Virus record (IMG/VR): IMGVR_UViG_3300042308_001616
Location: 124,001-188,000 of that record
Strand: one strand, 5' to 3'
DNA length: 64,000 bases
Position numbers and translations under genes: made by a program. Positions within the stretch are counted from its first letter, which is position 1, and every line of letters starts with the position of its first letter. Shown piece after piece: positions 28,401 to 37,567 of the stretch. Under the pieces are notes generated by a model. The model was not told the DNA's origin, ran no database searches, and saw only the letters and a list, made by a program, of their open reading frames with translations.

Positions 28401-29998
28401 CCCAGTGCGATTCCAAATAATGCAATTTTTAATGTTTCTGCGATACTCGGTGCCTTTGTTTTAGCAAGTATATGAGATGAAAGCATTATAGCAAGTGATA
28501 CCAAAGTAAATAATGCAGGCATCTTTATGATAGAACTCCACCGCATACCATCTAAAGCCCTACCAATTATCTTAACCGCAAATCCTATTACTACAAAAAC
28601 TAAGGCAATTGCAATTGATGTTAGGAACTGAATAAAAGTTATCGGTTGCACCATAGACAAAAACTTAGACGAAAGAACAATCGCCAACGAAATAAGAGGT
28701 AATATGATAGGTATCATAAGAACAGATTTCATATTCACTTTACCCATTGCTTGTATTATATTCTTCAATCCAAAAGAAATAACGGTAAATATGAAAGCAA
28801 CCATTATAGCACCCCATGCCTGAGGAAGTCCAATTGGTTGAGTCTTCTTCAAAACATAAGAAGAAAGAACGATACCTAGTGCAATTGCAGGTAGTATCAA
28901 TGGTAAGAAAACAATTGCCTTAAGCATAGTACCAATACTATTTCCACCTAATGCCTTCAATAACTTATTTATACCATAGGAAACAACCGTAAACATCGCA
29001 GCAATAAAAATTGCACTAAGTGCCTGTGTAAAGCCAATAGGAGTTATTTTCTTCAATATCCAAGAAGATATTGTTATACCTAGTGCAATAGCTGGTAAAA
29101 CTAATACTAAACCTGCAACCGACTTAATAACCTGACCCCAGGACATACCACTAAATGCCTTTATTATACTACCTATCGCAGGACTAAGAACACTGAATCC
29201 AACACCAATCAATATCATAGTCAAAGATTGTGTAAAACCAATAGGATTTATTTTGTTCAATATCCAAGAAGATAGAGTTATACCTAAAGCAATCGCAGGT
29301 AACACCATCACTAAACCAACAGCGGCTTTCAAAACCTGACCCCAGGACATACCACTAAAAGAACTTATTATTTTACCTATCGCAGGACTAAGTAAACTGA
29401 ATCCAACACCAATCATTATCATTGTTATCGATTGTGCAAATCCAATAGGAGTTATTTTCTTCAATATCCAAGATGACGCAGTTACTGCAATTGACATCAA
29501 AACCAATGCCGCCGCAGTTACAGCCGCTTCTTTTAGAGTAAGTCTTAATGCACCAATTTTTTGAAATGCTTCTGCGAGAATTAATATTGCAATAGAAATA
29601 CCAATAACCGAAAGAAAATTTACTCCACCCACTATTTTGAATGCAAGACCTATCGCAAGAACTGCAAGTGCAATAAGAAGTATCGCACCAACACCTTTCT
29701 TCAAATTACTTTCAGACTTTTTATCACCACCTGCCTTCTCAAAAAAAGACTTCTTCTCATCATCCTTCTCTTTCGAAATAGATGAGATTGTATTTTGTTT
29801 ATTTAGTATTGCTTGTGTATCTTTCTTAATAGACTTTATACCATCACTTATACTTTTGAGATCATTACCAAAATTACCAGATTGTAGTGCTGTAGTGGTG
29901 GGTGATTTTTTCTCACCACCCTTAGTTTTTAATGTCTCTGCAATCTCCTGTAATGCTTCTGATAAGTTATTTAACGCATCGAGTAACCTCTTGTCCAT
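25421..29998 (-). CDS. Tape-measure-like protein with many hydrophobic helical repeats
   Basis: 1525 aa, Ala/Gly/Ile-rich, 68-aa and 60-aa repeats, charged termini, late box upstream. Confidence 0.65.
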   Translation of the reverse strand: MDKRLLDALNNLSEALQEIAETLKTKGGEKKSPTTTALQSGNFGNDLKSISDGIKSIKKDTQAILNKQNTISSISKEKDDEKKSFFEKAGGDKKSESNLKKGVGAILLIALAVLAIGLAFKIVGGVNFLSVIGISIAILILAEAFQKIGALRLTLKEAAVTAAALVLMSIAVTASSWILKKITPIGFAQSITMIMIGVGFSLLSPAIGKIISSFSGMSWGQVLKAAVGLVMVLPAIALGITLSSWILNKINPIGFTQSLTMILIGVGFSVLSPAIGSIIKAFSGMSWGQVIKSVAGLVLVLPAIALGITISSWILKKITPIGFTQALSAIFIAAMFTVVSYGINKLLKALGGNSIGTMLKAIVFLPLILPAIALGIVLSSYVLKKTQPIGLPQAWGAIMVAFIFTVISFGLKNIIQAMGKVNMKSVLMIPIILPLISLAIVLSSKFLSMVQPITFIQFLTSIAIALVFVVIGFAVKIIGRALDGMRWSSIIKMPALFTLVSLAIMLSSHILAKTKAPSIAETLKIALFGIALGIIIAVMMIPFVIISKFKIGITDIVKGTIAIIAIATAIMVSSHIVGMGQYTKYPSIAWSLGTGAAILTFGLAVLGLGMAIALTAGVGLAAIALGAVAVVIVAGSIAASSHIVAKGRYTNYPGIAWALSVGGLMVAFGASMILLGVMPKLVIRDGAWAIKEVAKSIVTADREVRKGKYDKFPSLAWSLSVSALMIGYSIGIAALGILPKFVIKDGVWALKEVAKSIVTTDREVRKGKYDKFPGIAWSVTVSALMLGYAAGMAALGILPKMIVRDGIWALKNVAKSILTTDRIVSRGKYKNFPGIAWSVTVSALMLGYAVGMAALGVLPKMIVRDGTWALKSVAKSILTTDRIVSRGNYKNFPSVPWATTVGLLMTAWSVGVSVLGLLPKFIIKDGTWAVKQVAKSIVSTGYIFAKSSGVFKKGPTKEWAEGVSLAIGAFGEVYSLILKAGAINAIFGANIKPEDFGVAITTISQGIVDAAGFFQKNTAAFVGGPGKEWAEGVGRAIGAFAPVYMMLLENAPGFFKKGGGVGPNEFAAAIITVSNGIIAAAGVFADNNTKFEEGKYPSAKWGQGVGAALKAFTPIFNMMSKDSGWFTSGEEVVNNMIYAIKMVARTIVRVGKIFEWSKLKWTNFPESKWIGGISAVIKGYMNLVDEIGGFYDPVALSPDTSPVVLAARSMSAVARVFWKNGKFFTKGIPEDYMLPIMGNMVSFSFLSKTLRNSAVQNMSEDPVLNTAQSMSAMARVFYKNARFFRFKMVEDYMNPMKSNIVKFLWATNYIEKGGFADMLKENYTETFAKSFSRFAAILHKNRSVFTTSIPRDFMSKLSGNVSSYLGLVAKLNDENSLGKLTKNAIFGDPISNLASGMVKLASAYGKLATSLIKFNSAVRGIDDKKVKSFNSLNTKVLNAKGINKLSNVETSINASSIMANVLGSISLPNVQPKASKRQDTPTVVEKKGKHGTNMEQLDKMIDLLNQLVGNTSTLEEYIDEKMNAE
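27190..28070 (-). repeat. About 5 tandem 180-bp (60-aa) repeats within tape-measure-like gene
   Basis: 'GKY.KFPGIAWS..VSALM.GY..G.AALGILPK..V.DG.WALK.VAKSI.TTDR.V' periodic at 180 nt. Confidence 0.9.
28840..29480 (-). repeat. 204-bp (68-aa) repeats within tape-measure-like gene
   Basis: 'SSWILKKITPIGF.QS...FSGMSWGQV.K...LPAIALGIT'; gttattttcttcaatatccaaga at 29043 and 29451. Confidence 0.8.
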
Positions 29999-30021
29999 TT
30001 AGACTTATAAATTTTACAAAG

Positions 30022-30055
30022 TATATATAAAATAAGACTCACTCTTTAATATATA
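30022..30055. promoter_or_regulatory. Back-to-back divergent WATATATA boxes
   Basis: Minus TATATATA 30022-30029; plus AATATATA 30048-30055. Confidence 0.55.
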
Positions 30056-30525
30056 TGGTCAAGAACATGAAGATAAAGAAGCTAATAAGACACTACCTTT
30101 TCAGGGAGTCGATAAAAGATATCGAGTTGAACAGAATACTAGACAAAATCGATAAGAAAGAGGCTCTCTCTAATAGAGAGATGAGATTCCTTGAATTATA
30201 TCAATTCACATGTGAAGAGGACCGAGACTTTATGTTATTATCAAAAAACTCAGCAGCGAGCAAAGTAACTCAACTAATTGATGGTGGAAAGACCGTAATA
30301 TGTGATTTAGAAGATAGGTACGGAAGGATAGGTTTAGGCATAATCGGAATAGAAAACAATCACCAAAACGATGATTGTACGATAAAAATGAGAGGAGGAG
30401 AGACACACACTATGAAAGATAGTTCTCTTTATAACATAATATTCAACGTGAAAAAAAATAAATACTCATTACAAGAACACGACGAGTATATTGAGAAAAT
30501 AGAAGCAGGTAATGATGAAAATTAA
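30055..30525 (+). CDS. Hypothetical protein with DUF6576-like helix pair (start may be 30067)
   Basis: 'LNRILDKIDKKEALSNREMRFL'. Confidence 0.65.
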   Translation: MVKNMKIKKLIRHYLFRESIKDIELNRILDKIDKKEALSNREMRFLELYQFTCEEDRDFMLLSKNSAASKVTQLIDGGKTVICDLEDRYGRIGLGIIGIENNHQNDDCTIKMRGGETHTMKDSSLYNIIFNVKKNKYSLQEHDEYIEKIEAGNDEN

Positions 30526-30805
30526 TAATTTTAAACAATTCAAAGAGGCCATATCTGGAACCGAAGTTCCTGTAATGAGAAAAGGAAGTTATTTCGGTGC
30601 CGCTTACGGAGACGAAGATATGCCAGATACCGTTGACACCACAAAAAACAGACTTCAATGGTCATCAAAAGGAATAGTTACCGAAGATCAGTTCCAGGAT
30701 ATGATTACCAACTTTCTTAAATCTGGAGGTCAATTAGATAATCTACCAGTAGAGAATGGTGAGTTCTGTCAAGTGAATATAGACTTCCTAAACAATTTAG
30801 ACTAA
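30512..30805 (+). CDS. Small protein with leader MKINNFKQFKE
   Basis: Leader motif; overlaps upstream gene. Confidence 0.65.
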   Translation: MMKINNFKQFKEAISGTEVPVMRKGSYFGAAYGDEDMPDTVDTTKNRLQWSSKGIVTEDQFQDMITNFLKSGGQLDNLPVENGEFCQVNIDFLNNLD

Positions 30806-32100
30806 CCCATAATAACAACGTTAGCACTCGCTATCGAAGTACCATTATTAGTTATAGTAATATCATTTGAACTACCCAAAGAAATATCAATATTCGAAGT
30901 AACAAGTGTGAATCCGTCATAGACAGATGTGAAGATTGACATTGAATTGAGATTATGTGTTATGGATATTGGAGTTCCGTTCGGCAACGCTACTGATGTA
31001 GCATATTTCCTTACCGCAACATTCGAAACAGATGTCGCCAATGTTATCAAATGAACGTTACCAGAGTTAGAAACCGTACCACCATTTATATTTAATGCAC
31101 CATTCACAACAACTACCTTACCCAGTGGATCAACATTCAGAAATCCATTTACTTCCAAATCACCATAAACCAAATATTCCTGGTATGCAGGTACTACAAC
31201 TGTCTCAGATGTTTGTATTCTATACTTAACAAGTGTAGGATCACTCTGTGGTTTAGTCAATCTGAAATAAGTACCGTCATATTGAAGATTGTATTTGACA
31301 GAAGTACTTATATCTTTACCACTAAAACTAAGTAAACCGGCATCAGTTTGTTGTTTAATTGTTTTAGCACCCAATCCATTTATATTCAGAGTTACTGTCC
31401 CACCAGCATTGGCTGTGGCAAACTGAACCATATAGAGTGAATCAACATCATATGAAAAAACTCTCTGATCAGTAGCAGTATACGCTATACCATTATTACT
31501 AGACGCAGCAACACTTAGTAATTGATTCTCTTTTTCCTTTATCCAAGATGTTGTAGAAATTTCATATCTGTATATCGAGTTATCCTGATCATTTACACGT
31601 ACAGACATACCATCCATAGGTGTGGTAATATTCCACGTAGATGTTGTAGAGTCATACTGAACTACCACATCCTCAACAAAAGAACCAACTCCCCAGACAA
31701 CACCCGTAGGAGATGGCCCGAGTATGTACCGATCACCATCAGTAGGCGATCCAGGTTCGTTAGACTCAACCGATTTAACAGGATCTATCCAATATGCACT
31801 ACCACCACTAGAGCCAGAACCAGAGCCAACAAACTTAACCCAGTTAAGGTTATCCATTATGTTAGTACTCGTTTTTCCATAGACGAGCTGGTAGGTACCA
31901 TTGTTTACACCATCATTATAAACGTTACAAAGCATACCCCACTCTCTCCTCTCGGTGATTATAGAATTTCTATCATTCTTAGTAGCATAACTATGAAGTC
32001 CTCCCTTTATCTCAACAGCATAAGCTGAAGCGATTTTATCATCACTATTATTCGGTCTTATTGCCGCAGTTACGAGAGTACCAGTATTCTTAATTCCCAT
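30802..32100 (-). CDS. Tail-fibre-associated virion protein with DUF2793-like segment
   Basis: 'PGSPTDGDRYILG..PTG..WG...VVQY...W....P.DGMSVRV.D'; 'ANAGGTVTLNINGLGAKTI'. Confidence 0.65.
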   Translation of the reverse strand: MGIKNTGTLVTAAIRPNNSDDKIASAYAVEIKGGLHSYATKNDRNSIITERREWGMLCNVYNDGVNNGTYQLVYGKTSTNIMDNLNWVKFVGSGSGSSGGSAYWIDPVKSVESNEPGSPTDGDRYILGPSPTGVVWGVGSFVEDVVVQYDSTTSTWNITTPMDGMSVRVNDQDNSIYRYEISTTSWIKEKENQLLSVAASSNNGIAYTATDQRVFSYDVDSLYMVQFATANAGGTVTLNINGLGAKTIKQQTDAGLLSFSGKDISTSVKYNLQYDGTYFRLTKPQSDPTLVKYRIQTSETVVVPAYQEYLVYGDLEVNGFLNVDPLGKVVVVNGALNINGGTVSNSGNVHLITLATSVSNVAVRKYATSVALPNGTPISITHNLNSMSIFTSVYDGFTLVTSNIDISLGSSNDITITNNGTSIASANVVIMG

Positions 32101-32115
32101 CTATCTTTATTTTCT

Positions 32116-33129
32116 TTATGTGACGTCTAATGCGTCTATAGGTGAATTTTGTGCAGTATTAGATACCCAAACATCATAATTTACTATTAGACCGGTATCA
32201 GTTGTAAATGCAGATCCACTCTTCACTTTAGTGAACGCTGTATTAGGTGCACCATTTATTTTGAATACAGGATCTCTACCAGCAGTGGTAGTAAAAATTG
32301 TAGGAAATGCAAATATTATGTATTGTCCTCCGCCATCCATACCATTGTAATTCTTTACATAACTAGTAGCAAGTGCATAACCAGGGGATACGGCAGCACC
32401 AGTGAGTGCCTTTATAACAACATCAGTACATTTGGTTGCAACATTTGCCGATTGACCAGGTGTCGTTGTAAGGTTTGGATTACCAATAGAAGAAAGGTCA
32501 ATCTTACCCCAGAAAATTTTATGTCTCCAATTTAGTATGGTCGTCTTATATTGAGTACTCGTTCCATCAACTACAGACATAGTAAATGTTTGATTTTCAG
32601 AAACGGTCGTATTGTAACTCAATGAGTGTGTACCAGTAGCAGCTGTTGTACCGTTTTGGTTACCACCATTTACAGGTGTTATCGTATTCCCATCAACTAC
32701 TATACCCGTTATAGCCAACTTCTTCTTCGTAACCGACCAGGTAAGTGTTGTTGCTAAAGATGAACCAAATTGTCTCGGTGTATTACTTGCACTTATTGCA
32801 AGTTCAGGTGCAGTATATGGATAAAGTAATAAATCAAACATCTGTTGAACAGAATAAGTTCCATTGAATGTTGTACCTACTGCAATACCACCAACTTCTT
32901 TAGATGTAGGATTAGGATTGGTAAAATAAGAACTAGCTGAAGCAAGAGATTGACTAGCCGTTATCTGTACGTCATCTATTCTGTTCCATAGAGTCCACAC
33001 GGAATCTCTTATGTCTTTCGGGTCTATCAACTCACTAGTGTTATCTCTGAGTTGATATAATGCGTCAGCGACGTTCAATATATAGTCGGAGTTGACATTG
33101 GTACCCGTATAGTTACCTGTTCCTGGCAT
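32116..33129 (-). CDS. Thr/Gly-rich virion structural protein
   Basis: 'VGGIAVGTTF...QQMFDLLLYPYTAP'; Ig-like beta composition; late box upstream. Confidence 0.6.
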   Translation of the reverse strand: MPGTGNYTGTNVNSDYILNVADALYQLRDNTSELIDPKDIRDSVWTLWNRIDDVQITASQSLASASSYFTNPNPTSKEVGGIAVGTTFNGTYSVQQMFDLLLYPYTAPELAISASNTPRQFGSSLATTLTWSVTKKKLAITGIVVDGNTITPVNGGNQNGTTAATGTHSLSYNTTVSENQTFTMSVVDGTSTQYKTTILNWRHKIFWGKIDLSSIGNPNLTTTPGQSANVATKCTDVVIKALTGAAVSPGYALATSYVKNYNGMDGGGQYIIFAFPTIFTTTAGRDPVFKINGAPNTAFTKVKSGSAFTTDTGLIVNYDVWVSNTAQNSPIDALDVT

Positions 33130-33166
33130 ATCTAAAAGATAATTTTTGGTTATATATTAAAATCTG

Positions 33167-33174
33167 TATATTTG
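33167..33174 (+). promoter_or_regulatory. Bacteroidota-type -7 promoter box (TAnnTTTG)
   Basis: TATATTTG with TTTG at 33145-33148 upstream. Confidence 0.5.
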
Positions 33175-33276
33175 TATTGATAAAATACCAGTTAATCAAA
33201 AATAAAAAATATGTGACGAATTAAAAACTATATGAATCACTAAAAAAGAAGAATATAAATTGGAAAAGACAAAGAA

Positions 33277-34464
33277 ATGAGACAAGAACTTGAAAAGCTT
33301 ATACATGACAAATCACCAGGTGCCCAACCTCTGTTACTCGTAGTCAGAGGATCACATGCATACGGAACAAACGTAGAGACTTCAGATACCGACTACGCAG
33401 GTGTTTTCATACAATCAATCGACGACATACTCGGTAACGGATACAAAGAACAGATTAACGACGATAAAAACGACATTGTCATCTACGAGATAAAAAGGTT
33501 TCTAAACCTATTGGCATCAAACAACCCAACCGTACTGGAACTACTCAACACACCAGAGGACTGCGTTGTGTACAAGCACCCAGTATTCGACGAGGTACTA
33601 AAAAATAGAGAAAAGTTCATCACCAAAATCTGTGCTAAGTCTTTCGGTGGATATGGAAAGATACAAATTCAAAAAGCGAAAGGACAGAATAAAAAACAGA
33701 ACTGGGAAAAAGATAAAGTAACTCGAAAAGATGTTCTTGACTTTGTTTATGTAATTGATGGACCTAAATCTATTCCTTGGAAAAAATGGAATGAAGGTAA
33801 AGGATATGAAGAAAAGTTCTGCGGAGTTGTAAATGTTCCAAATGCCAGGGATGTCTATGCTGTTTATTTTGATAAGATTGCTTATAGCTGCTTCAGCGAA
33901 GCGGTGCCCGACAATCTTAGAGAATATCAAAAAAATATACAAAACGATAAGAACGAACCTATGGGATTCGGGTACAAAGGTTTAGTTAAAACTGGTGAAG
34001 GTGCAAATGTAGCAGAGTCAAATGCTCTTAGATTATCTTCTATTCCAAAAAGCGAAACTCCAATCTGTAACATCGTCTACAACAAAGACGGATATTCTGA
34101 ACATTGTAAAGATTATAAATCTTACGAAGATTGGTTAGTAAATAAAAATGAAGCAAGATGGGTGGATGTACAATCACATGGTCAAAAGATTGATGGTAAG
34201 AATATGATGCACTCAAAACGTCTAATGTCAATGGCACGTGAAATTGCTGAAGGTAAAGGTATCAATGTTAGAAGGGATGATGCCGAGTACCTAATCTCAA
34301 TCAGGAGGGGTGCAATCGACCTACAAACACTAATCGACGAGGTCGAATCAGAGATTGTTGAGATTGACAAGCTTTTTGAGGAGTCAGATTTACCGGATTC
34401 GGTTGATCAAAAATTCATAGATAATCTACTCATCAAAATAAGGAAATCTATATATAACCTTTAG
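33277..34464 (+). CDS. DNA polymerase beta-superfamily nucleotidyltransferase (RlaP/YcgL-like)
   Basis: 'VRGSHAYGTN.ETSDTDYAGVF', 'NNPTVLELL', 'DGKNMMH..RL...IRRG'. Confidence 0.85.
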   Translation: MRQELEKLIHDKSPGAQPLLLVVRGSHAYGTNVETSDTDYAGVFIQSIDDILGNGYKEQINDDKNDIVIYEIKRFLNLLASNNPTVLELLNTPEDCVVYKHPVFDEVLKNREKFITKICAKSFGGYGKIQIQKAKGQNKKQNWEKDKVTRKDVLDFVYVIDGPKSIPWKKWNEGKGYEEKFCGVVNVPNARDVYAVYFDKIAYSCFSEAVPDNLREYQKNIQNDKNEPMGFGYKGLVKTGEGANVAESNALRLSSIPKSETPICNIVYNKDGYSEHCKDYKSYEDWLVNKNEARWVDVQSHGQKIDGKNMMHSKRLMSMAREIAEGKGINVRRDDAEYLISIRRGAIDLQTLIDEVESEIVEIDKLFEESDLPDSVDQKFIDNLLIKIRKSIYNL

Positions 34465-34497
34465 TTTTTATTATATTTACAAAAAAAACAAAAACAT

Positions 34498-35124
34498 ATG
34501 ACATTCGCACTCTACTTCATTTTAGGCTTTCTTTTCAAAGCAATAGTTGATGGTATAAAAAGCACAAACGCTGCTATTAAAATCAAAAGGGAAAACGAAC
34601 AAAAGTACAAACAGGTACTACGAAAATTACAAAAAGGAAAATCTAAATTCAAAACGAGAGTAAATAATACGGTGTATATCGGCACAACACTTCACGAGAT
34701 AGGTGATGTCGATGTAATACTATTCTTAGATACGAAAAAAGTAGCAATCTTCCAGAATAGTAATTGTCTTCACACATCCGATACTATAACAGACGAACTA
34801 AGAAATGAAATTGTCAATGAAATTCAAAAAATATACGCAGTTGAAATTGATGATGTTGTCGAACTATTAGGTAACAAAATATCAAGAACTGAAGTAGAAG
34901 ATAAAATATCAGAAGTAATGCAATCTGATGAAGTAAGTTCAAAATTAGAAGAACTTAAACAATACCTTACAAATAATAACGATAATATAAAAATAATCGA
35001 AGATTATGGTTACACACAGGAAGATGTGGATGCAATATTTGACAAAATTGCCAAAAGTGGTATGGTGTCAATAACAGAAGAAGAAAAGAAAATACTCGAC
35101 GATTATAGTAAAAATCTTAACTAA
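34498..35124 (+). CDS. Membrane-anchored protein with C-terminal DUF6576-like motif
   Basis: N-term TM; 'DVDAIFDKIAKSGMVSITEEEKKIL'. Confidence 0.7.
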   Translation: MTFALYFILGFLFKAIVDGIKSTNAAIKIKRENEQKYKQVLRKLQKGKSKFKTRVNNTVYIGTTLHEIGDVDVILFLDTKKVAIFQNSNCLHTSDTITDELRNEIVNEIQKIYAVEIDDVVELLGNKISRTEVEDKISEVMQSDEVSSKLEELKQYLTNNNDNIKIIEDYGYTQEDVDAIFDKIAKSGMVSITEEEKKILDDYSKNLN

Positions 35125-35351
35125 TGTATACAATAAAAAGTAACGATACGAGGATAAATACCACATTTGAAAGAATATCAAAAGGAATTTCATTTGATGA
35201 AAAACTCGTACCATATAGTATAACTTTTCTCAACGAAATAATAAAATACTTCGAAGACAAAGAAGACTTCGAGAAGTGTCAAACGGTAATGAATGCACTG
35301 AACGATAAAACACACGAAAAGGCATACACAAAATGGACACAAAATATTTAG
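35124..35351 (+). CDS. Small protein with UVR-like helical hairpin
   Basis: 'IIKYFEDKEDFEKCQTV'. Confidence 0.55.
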   Translation: MYTIKSNDTRINTTFERISKGISFDEKLVPYSITFLNEIIKYFEDKEDFEKCQTVMNALNDKTHEKAYTKWTQNI

Positions 35352-35968
35352 AAAATATAATAAATGAATGTGAACGGCTCGCCCAGGAGACTGGCGAGCC
35401 TCACTTCGTTCTGGACTGGAAAACTTTACACGAGATAAAGAAGAAAACTGCCGAAAATAAAGAGGATAAAAGAGAAGCTGATCTCGAAGAGATCCTCGAC
35501 GAGCAGGAATATGAAATAGGTGACTGGACAACCGTTCAACAGATGCCATCTATGGAAATATTCTACGATAGTGTTTCGAAGCTCACCGAGCAAAAGGACA
35601 GAATGCTTTGGGCCATACGAAGACTCGAGAGGCTAGGTTTCAAAAAAAACTCAATATTTGACCTAATCGACGAGGAAGACAGAGACGTATTACAAACGAA
35701 CTTCAATATGGAGTTCTCGATGAAGATTGAACTCGAATACGGAGACTTCATAAGCGCCACAATATCACCGAACCTACTTACCAAAATCAAACATTTCTCC
35801 ACCATCGATAGCTCCAAAACAACAATCGGTCACGAGATGATATTCAGGGAGATATACCACGGATACCTGATAACGGAAGACATCATCGAGGCAATCACCA
35901 ACAAAGTGAAAGCCGAGTCGATGAAACCAATCGTAAGGGATATCAAAATAAACGAGCTGTTAGACTAA
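35333..35968 (+). CDS. Hypothetical protein with C-terminal RDIKINELL motif
   Basis: 211-aa ORF; motif at end. Confidence 0.7.
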   Translation: MDTKYLENIINECERLAQETGEPHFVLDWKTLHEIKKKTAENKEDKREADLEEILDEQEYEIGDWTTVQQMPSMEIFYDSVSKLTEQKDRMLWAIRRLERLGFKKNSIFDLIDEEDRDVLQTNFNMEFSMKIELEYGDFISATISPNLLTKIKHFSTIDSSKTTIGHEMIFREIYHGYLITEDIIEAITNKVKAESMKPIVRDIKINELLD

Positions 35969-36643
35969 GTAGTTCCTAAGTGCAGATCCAACATCGGGCG
36001 ACTTATTCTCCTTATTCATATACTCGAAGAAACAACGATGTGACAAAATGTCCTGTACCTCGTTGACACCAAACCTGCTGATACTTTCGAAAACTTGGCA
36101 ATCGTGATGAGTTATGTAAATCTGGTCATCGAAAGACCAGGGTGTTCCATATGCAGAGTCGTAAACTGTCCTCGACCTCAAACTTTGCCTTAACGGACTC
36201 AGATCCGACACCGGTAAATAGTCAAAACTTATGACAAGATTATCGCGTACTGCCTTTTTAACATAATCAAACTTCCATTTAACATCATAAAGAGAATAGA
36301 ATAACCAACTAAAGGGATGTTCTCGGAAAACACGAGCTATCTTATCACCATATTTATCAATCGGTATGAGATTCACCTTTCCCCTTTCACATATGACAAG
36401 TCTATGACCGACATCTTGACCATTCTCATAGAGCTTACCGCAGTCGAACGCATCTAGATCTAGGTAGGAAAGCCTCTCCTTCAGCTCGACTAACCGGTCG
36501 CCGTCCATATCCTCGCACTGCCAAACCTGAATGTCTTGCCAAGTCCGTACCAGCACAGGCGACTCCGAAACCGAAAGGATCAAATCCTTTATCTCCGAGT
36601 CACGTTCCGACCCGAAATACTCAAACATCTTAATATACCTCAT
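35960..36643 (-). CDS. Hypothetical protein with leader MRYIKMFEYF
   Basis: AATATATA 4 nt upstream of ATG; weak similarity to 56054 and 56761 genes. Confidence 0.7.
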   Translation of the reverse strand: MRYIKMFEYFGSERDSEIKDLILSVSESPVLVRTWQDIQVWQCEDMDGDRLVELKERLSYLDLDAFDCGKLYENGQDVGHRLVICERGKVNLIPIDKYGDKIARVFREHPFSWLFYSLYDVKWKFDYVKKAVRDNLVISFDYLPVSDLSPLRQSLRSRTVYDSAYGTPWSFDDQIYITHHDCQVFESISRFGVNEVQDILSHRCFFEYMNKENKSPDVGSALRNYLV

Positions 36644-36656
36644 AGAGTATATATTA

Positions 36657-37463
36657 TCAGTTCGATCCGTTTAAAGTGTAGGCATTGTTGGTCTGATCCC
36701 AACCGAGATTGACTACGAAAAACCGTTCATGACAATAAGTAATCCATTTTTTAGCCCACCTAATCGAGAACTCTAATTCTGTCCTCATTGTAGAAGGGTC
36801 GTAGTCCGTAGAGAATTCACCTATCGAAAGAAACTTAACGGTATCGTGGATGCCAGGTCTAAGAGAGAAGCTCGGCCAGTTTATCATCATGATCCAAAAT
36901 CCTGGGACAAGAGTCTGTATGGAACCTACGTCGTCGTAGAAAAGGTTGCAGTTCAATGGAAGACTTTCGTCGTAAGGCCATTTCCAAAACCTGACACGTC
37001 CAAACTCGCTTATATCTGGTTCCATACCGATAGGAAATTTCTTCATAGATTGATAGTAGGAAACATATGCACATTTAGGTTCAGACACCATAAGATCCAA
37101 ACCTGGAACCAAATCAAAAAAGTCTATAAACAGATAGTCATCTTCGAGTAGGAAGAAGTAGCCAGACCCGGTATCTATGAGCTTGTCACGCATTGAATTC
37201 AATATTCTCGAGTGTCTGTACCCATCAGTAAACGATTCTGGATAGAAGTTCGTTACATAAACCTGTTTGGAAGGAAATAGCTCATGTAATAAAGACTCCA
37301 TAAGAGCTTTCTCGTCATCGGTCGACGAGTCGTCGAAGAATACAACGTCATCTATAATATCCAAATCTCTACAGAAAAGGCTAAATGCACGTAGAACTCT
37401 CTCTAGTAGATGCCAACGACGAGACGAAGTCATCGTCAAAGTTACTCTTTTACCATTATACAT
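36657..37463 (-). CDS. Glycosyltransferase, GT-A/GT2-like
   Basis: 'LTMTSSRR..LL...FFDDSS...YFFLLEDDYLF'. Confidence 0.75.
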   Translation of the reverse strand: MYNGKRVTLTMTSSRRWHLLERVLRAFSLFCRDLDIIDDVVFFDDSSTDDEKALMESLLHELFPSKQVYVTNFYPESFTDGYRHSRILNSMRDKLIDTGSGYFFLLEDDYLFIDFFDLVPGLDLMVSEPKCAYVSYYQSMKKFPIGMEPDISEFGRVRFWKWPYDESLPLNCNLFYDDVGSIQTLVPGFWIMMINWPSFSLRPGIHDTVKFLSIGEFSTDYDPSTMRTELEFSIRWAKKWITYCHERFFVVNLGWDQTNNAYTLNGSN

Positions 37464-37567
37464 AGAAATTATAGAATTTCAAACTCCAATGGTTCAAATA
37501 TCTTAATAATTTTATTAAAAATCTAAAGGAAAACTCAATTAGTATATCTATATATCATGATGTTGCA

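Noticed and set aside
31522-32028. 168-aa Arg-rich ORF and similar antisense ORFs (27387..27818, 29637..30002, 49652..50110, 61188..61613 etc.)
   Set aside because: Fully overlap well-supported genes on the opposite strand; atypical composition
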